Of a stretch of 64,000 bases of DNA, positions 60,901 to 64,000 are shown piece after piece. How positions within the stretch are numbered: position 1 is the stretch's first letter; every line of letters starts with the position of its first letter. The DNA is from Macrostomum hystrix (taxonomy: Eukaryota; Animalia; Platyhelminthes): NCBI GenBank assembly GCA_950097015.1, contig CATNEN010000006.1, positions 432,128 through 496,127 on the forward strand, in the 5' to 3' direction. The notes below the pieces were generated by a model that did not search any database, had not been told where the DNA came from, and was given only the letters and a program-made list of their open reading frames with translations. Both the position numbers and the translations under genes were made by a program.

Positions 60901-61222
60901 GTTATTATTGCAGGAGGGCTGCGGGCAATGGCACATCAATTGACTCACAGCCAGCGATGAGGCAATTCTGCCCATTTCCACTGACTCCTGAGCACACACA
61001 CACACACAGATACTGTTGCTCACACAGGTGTGTACATCTGCCCTGACTTTCTCATCGTCAGGCAGTGTGCACTTTCACTGTGCCTTGGAGATTGGCCCTC
61101 AAGTGCGTAAATTGCACGACAAGCCCCAAGCCTTCTCTCCGCGGCTTCAAATTCTCGCCTCGGAATCGAGCTCAGGGACCTTGGTGCGAGAGTCAAACGC
61201 GTTAGACCGCTCTGCCACTCAC
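60901..61222 (-). mobile_element. SINE family A copy in a protocadherin intron
   Basis: Full body; the head ends GTTAGACCGCTCTGCCAC. Confidence 0.87.
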
Positions 61223-61739
61223 CACCCTACTCGGTAGGGATAAAATCCTATAAAAAGTTCATATTCAGTGAATTTCCATAAAGCATTGCTGCTTACTTCA
61301 TAAAGTCTCCACTTAAGGACAAAGTGCCTACAAAATTGTTCTAATTATTGTCGGTTCTCATCTTGTGTGTTATTACATATTCTCCTATGTTAGAGAAATA
61401 AATTTGTCTAGAAACGAGACAAACCGTCCTATTGCTATGAGCGGAGTCAAACGGGGCCTCAAATTACACCTACAGGAACAGGAGAGAGATTTGGAAAATA
61501 TGAGAATGAATAAACTCGTTTGTACTTTTGTTTCCCTTCCGTTTGTTGCTAAGCTGTGTGTGTGTGAAGTTTATTGCTAAAAAGATTTCCCCTATAACAC
61601 AGCAACCGAAGATGCAGCGGTTAAATGTATTTGGTATCGTAATGAATATAGATCGTTTGTGATCGTTTGTTTCGTTTTGAAGAGAGGTAAAATTTAAGTT
61701 TGGCAACAATATTATTCATATAAACGGGGCTACGGACAT

Positions 61740-61865
61740 GCTGCGGCCCGCAGTCAGCAAGACTGCAATCCTGCCCATTCCGCTGACTCCTGAGCACACG
61801 CACGCACACACGGGTGTTCATCCTGCAGTGTACACTCTCTCTGCCCCTTGATGGTTGGCCCTATA
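61740..61865 (-). mobile_element. SINE family A internal fragment
   Basis: CTGCCCATTCCGCTGACTCCTGAGCACACGCAC...GGTTGGCCC. Confidence 0.7.
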
Positions 61866-61974
61866 AGTCAAATCAGACTTTCAATCAATTTTAAAGACGA
61901 AAAGTTTAGATTTTTTTTTTAATTACAAGCCCTACTTGTGCTAATCAAAGTGAATTTTAAAATCGAACCACTAG

Positions 61975-62161
61975 CTGACTTCCACGCCACCCTGGGTATC
62001 GACGCGAAGCACCTGCGACCTGTGCAGCACCATCATTATCAGCAGCTGCCGCCGCTGCCAGCGCCGCCGCTCAACCAGCCAATGATGAGCACATTCAGGT
62101 ACAGCGCTTCGCACGACTCAGCTGCACCAACAATGATGACTCATCAGCAGTTTCTGGACAG
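61975..62161 (+). CDS. Protocadherin cytoplasmic exon 5
   Basis: ccactag|CTGACTTC...GACAG|gtgagc, phase 1-2: ADFHATLGIDAKHL...MMSTFRY...QQFLD. Confidence 0.72.
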
Positions 62162-62262
62162 GTGAGCAAAGCAGCTGTGGTTTTTTGTACTCTCGTCAAG
62201 GGCGGGTCTCTAATGAGTTTTGACTGCTCGCACAAACTCCCGCTTGTCTTCTTTCTGAGCAG

Positions 62263-62527
62263 GTCTACAACAGCTGGCCAGCCAACTGTGCACTTTCAGC
62301 AGCACTCGCGCGACTCTTCGTCCTCGTCGGGTGCCACCACGGCCCGACGTCCGGGCGCCGTTGTGACATTCAGCGCCGGCGTCGGCGGCAGTGGAGGCGG
62401 CGGCTGCGCTGGTAGCCTCCGGGTGCTGCCGGGAAATGGTCGGCCGACCACGCCATCGACGTCCATCGCCGCTACGAGCGACACAAGCGGAAGGTCATCG
62501 CGAAATCATGGCAGTAGCTTCGTCTAG
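62263..62527 (+). CDS. Protocadherin terminal exon ending SSFV* (predicted full protein 1126 aa)
   Basis: tctttctgagcag|GTCTAC (phase 2) is in frame with ORF 62162..62527. The six exons sum to 3381 nt, an open 1127 codons. Confidence 0.72.
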
Positions 62528-64000
62528 CCAGAACCTCAGACAGCGGGGCTTGAGTACACAGGCTAATCCTCTGTGACTTGCTTTCACTGCTAATTTTCTG
62601 GGACTTCAACAGGCCGTTAATCTTCATTGTTTTGACCGTGGCTTCAGCCTCTGGAGGCTCTGGAAGTACATGGTTAGAGATCAGCAGATTCTATGAAGCA
62701 TTGAATGTTCTGCGCTCGATTCGAAGCTTACTACGTACAAAAATGTGTCGCTGATTTCATTTTGTCGGCAAAGAATGTATTAAAAACTTCTCTAAAAAAA
62801 CATTTCAACATGAATTCAAGAAACTATGCTGTGTTCATTCCGTCTGGAATTTTTTATTAGCTAAATCTTAATTTAGTGATTGTTATTTAGCAGATAAGCC
62901 TGCATGGTCACAATATGTAGTAATCAACTACGCACTAACTTTGCTGTCTAGCTAAGTAGTATTAAGCGATTGTATTGACCGCTTTTTTCAAACCCACTAA
63001 TTGATTTCAATTAAGAAAAGTCATGCTGTTCCCGTTTCCTGTAAAGCTTCATCTAGTCTGCTTTCGCCTGAATAGATTGAGATGAAGAATATTCGTATTG
63101 TCTTCTCAAGCCTATATCATCACCGTAGAGACAGTACATTATTGTATGAAAAACATTTAACATAGTTTATTATGTTCAAATGCAATTTGACAAATCAGTT
63201 CTTATACACTTATTAGCACTCACTCGTGTGCGTAGTTATGAACCAGTTTGTGCAAGATTTTCGGACTTCTGTACGTGAAACTTATTAACTTAGATATTAT
63301 AAACAAACCAATAAAAATATACGACCGTATATTCTCTGATACTTGTAAAACTAAAGTAGCTGTGTCTTATAAAACACAATAATGAACTTATTTGTGTATT
63401 CTGACGCACAGTTTCAGACTTCTGTGATTAGCTCCGACGAGGCAACCTTTCTGTAGGAAGCAGGTGGGTCTCATGCGTCACAAGTTTTCAAAAGCGTTTT
63501 CATTCAACACGCGCTTAATTTTTAGTCTGTCTGAATAATTTGTGAAGCAGATATGACCATCATAAATCTGGTGATGAGATCTTTGGCGGAAAATATTAGG
63601 ATTTCCAGAAACTGTTGTGTTTACAAAAGACTTCTGAAAGCGGTTGATGTCTGATGGTCCGACTGACTGGCTTCCTGCCCTGCGGGGGTTGCAGGCCTGT
63701 TCGTGAATTGAGTGCATTTCTAGGGAATGAAGGCTCTCATTTTTGCCAAACAATTACACTTAACAGAAGAAAGACAACGGGGTATTTCAGATACTCGAGC
63801 TAAAAACGAGAACACGAGCTTAAAAACTTCAAAATCACAAAACATCGGCATTGTCGAGATATTCAACGATTCGCGTCGCGGTGTCCGGTGGCCAAAAAAC
63901 CTACAATATCTAGCATAATTTCCAGCTCACAAAATTTGTCGGTGGAAGCAATATGGACTGAGTGTATGCAGACCAATGTCAGTTGTCCTTGTCACCAGGG

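Overview
This is eukaryotic (animal) genomic DNA with spliceosomal GT-AG introns. No prokaryotic features, CRISPR arrays or rRNA were found. Repeat content, gene style and a 7-EC protocadherin suggest a lophotrochozoan, possibly a free-living flatworm such as Macrostomum; this is inference only. Genes reconstructed by hand using splice-phase consistency: (1) a minus-strand RRM + multi-Tudor gene running off the left edge, with a ~30-copy VKAPAQE coding minisatellite; (2) four co-oriented plus-strand genes at 10-17.3 kb: RPL39, COQ10, an N-acylated calcineurin-B-like protein with degenerate EF hands, and VMA21; (3) a six-coding-exon delta1-like protocadherin at 47.1-62.5 kb. Mobile DNA: a decayed DD34D mariner with ~200-bp TIRs, two copies of a hAT-type MITE (8-bp TSDs), a Mutator-like MITE (9-bp TSD), a Tc1-like relic folded into a hairpin, two tRNA-derived SINE families and faint LINE debris. 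About 15 tandem arrays are present, the largest 6.2 kb and 4.2 kb. All calls come from manual reading without database searches. Repeat boundaries and copy numbers are approximate.
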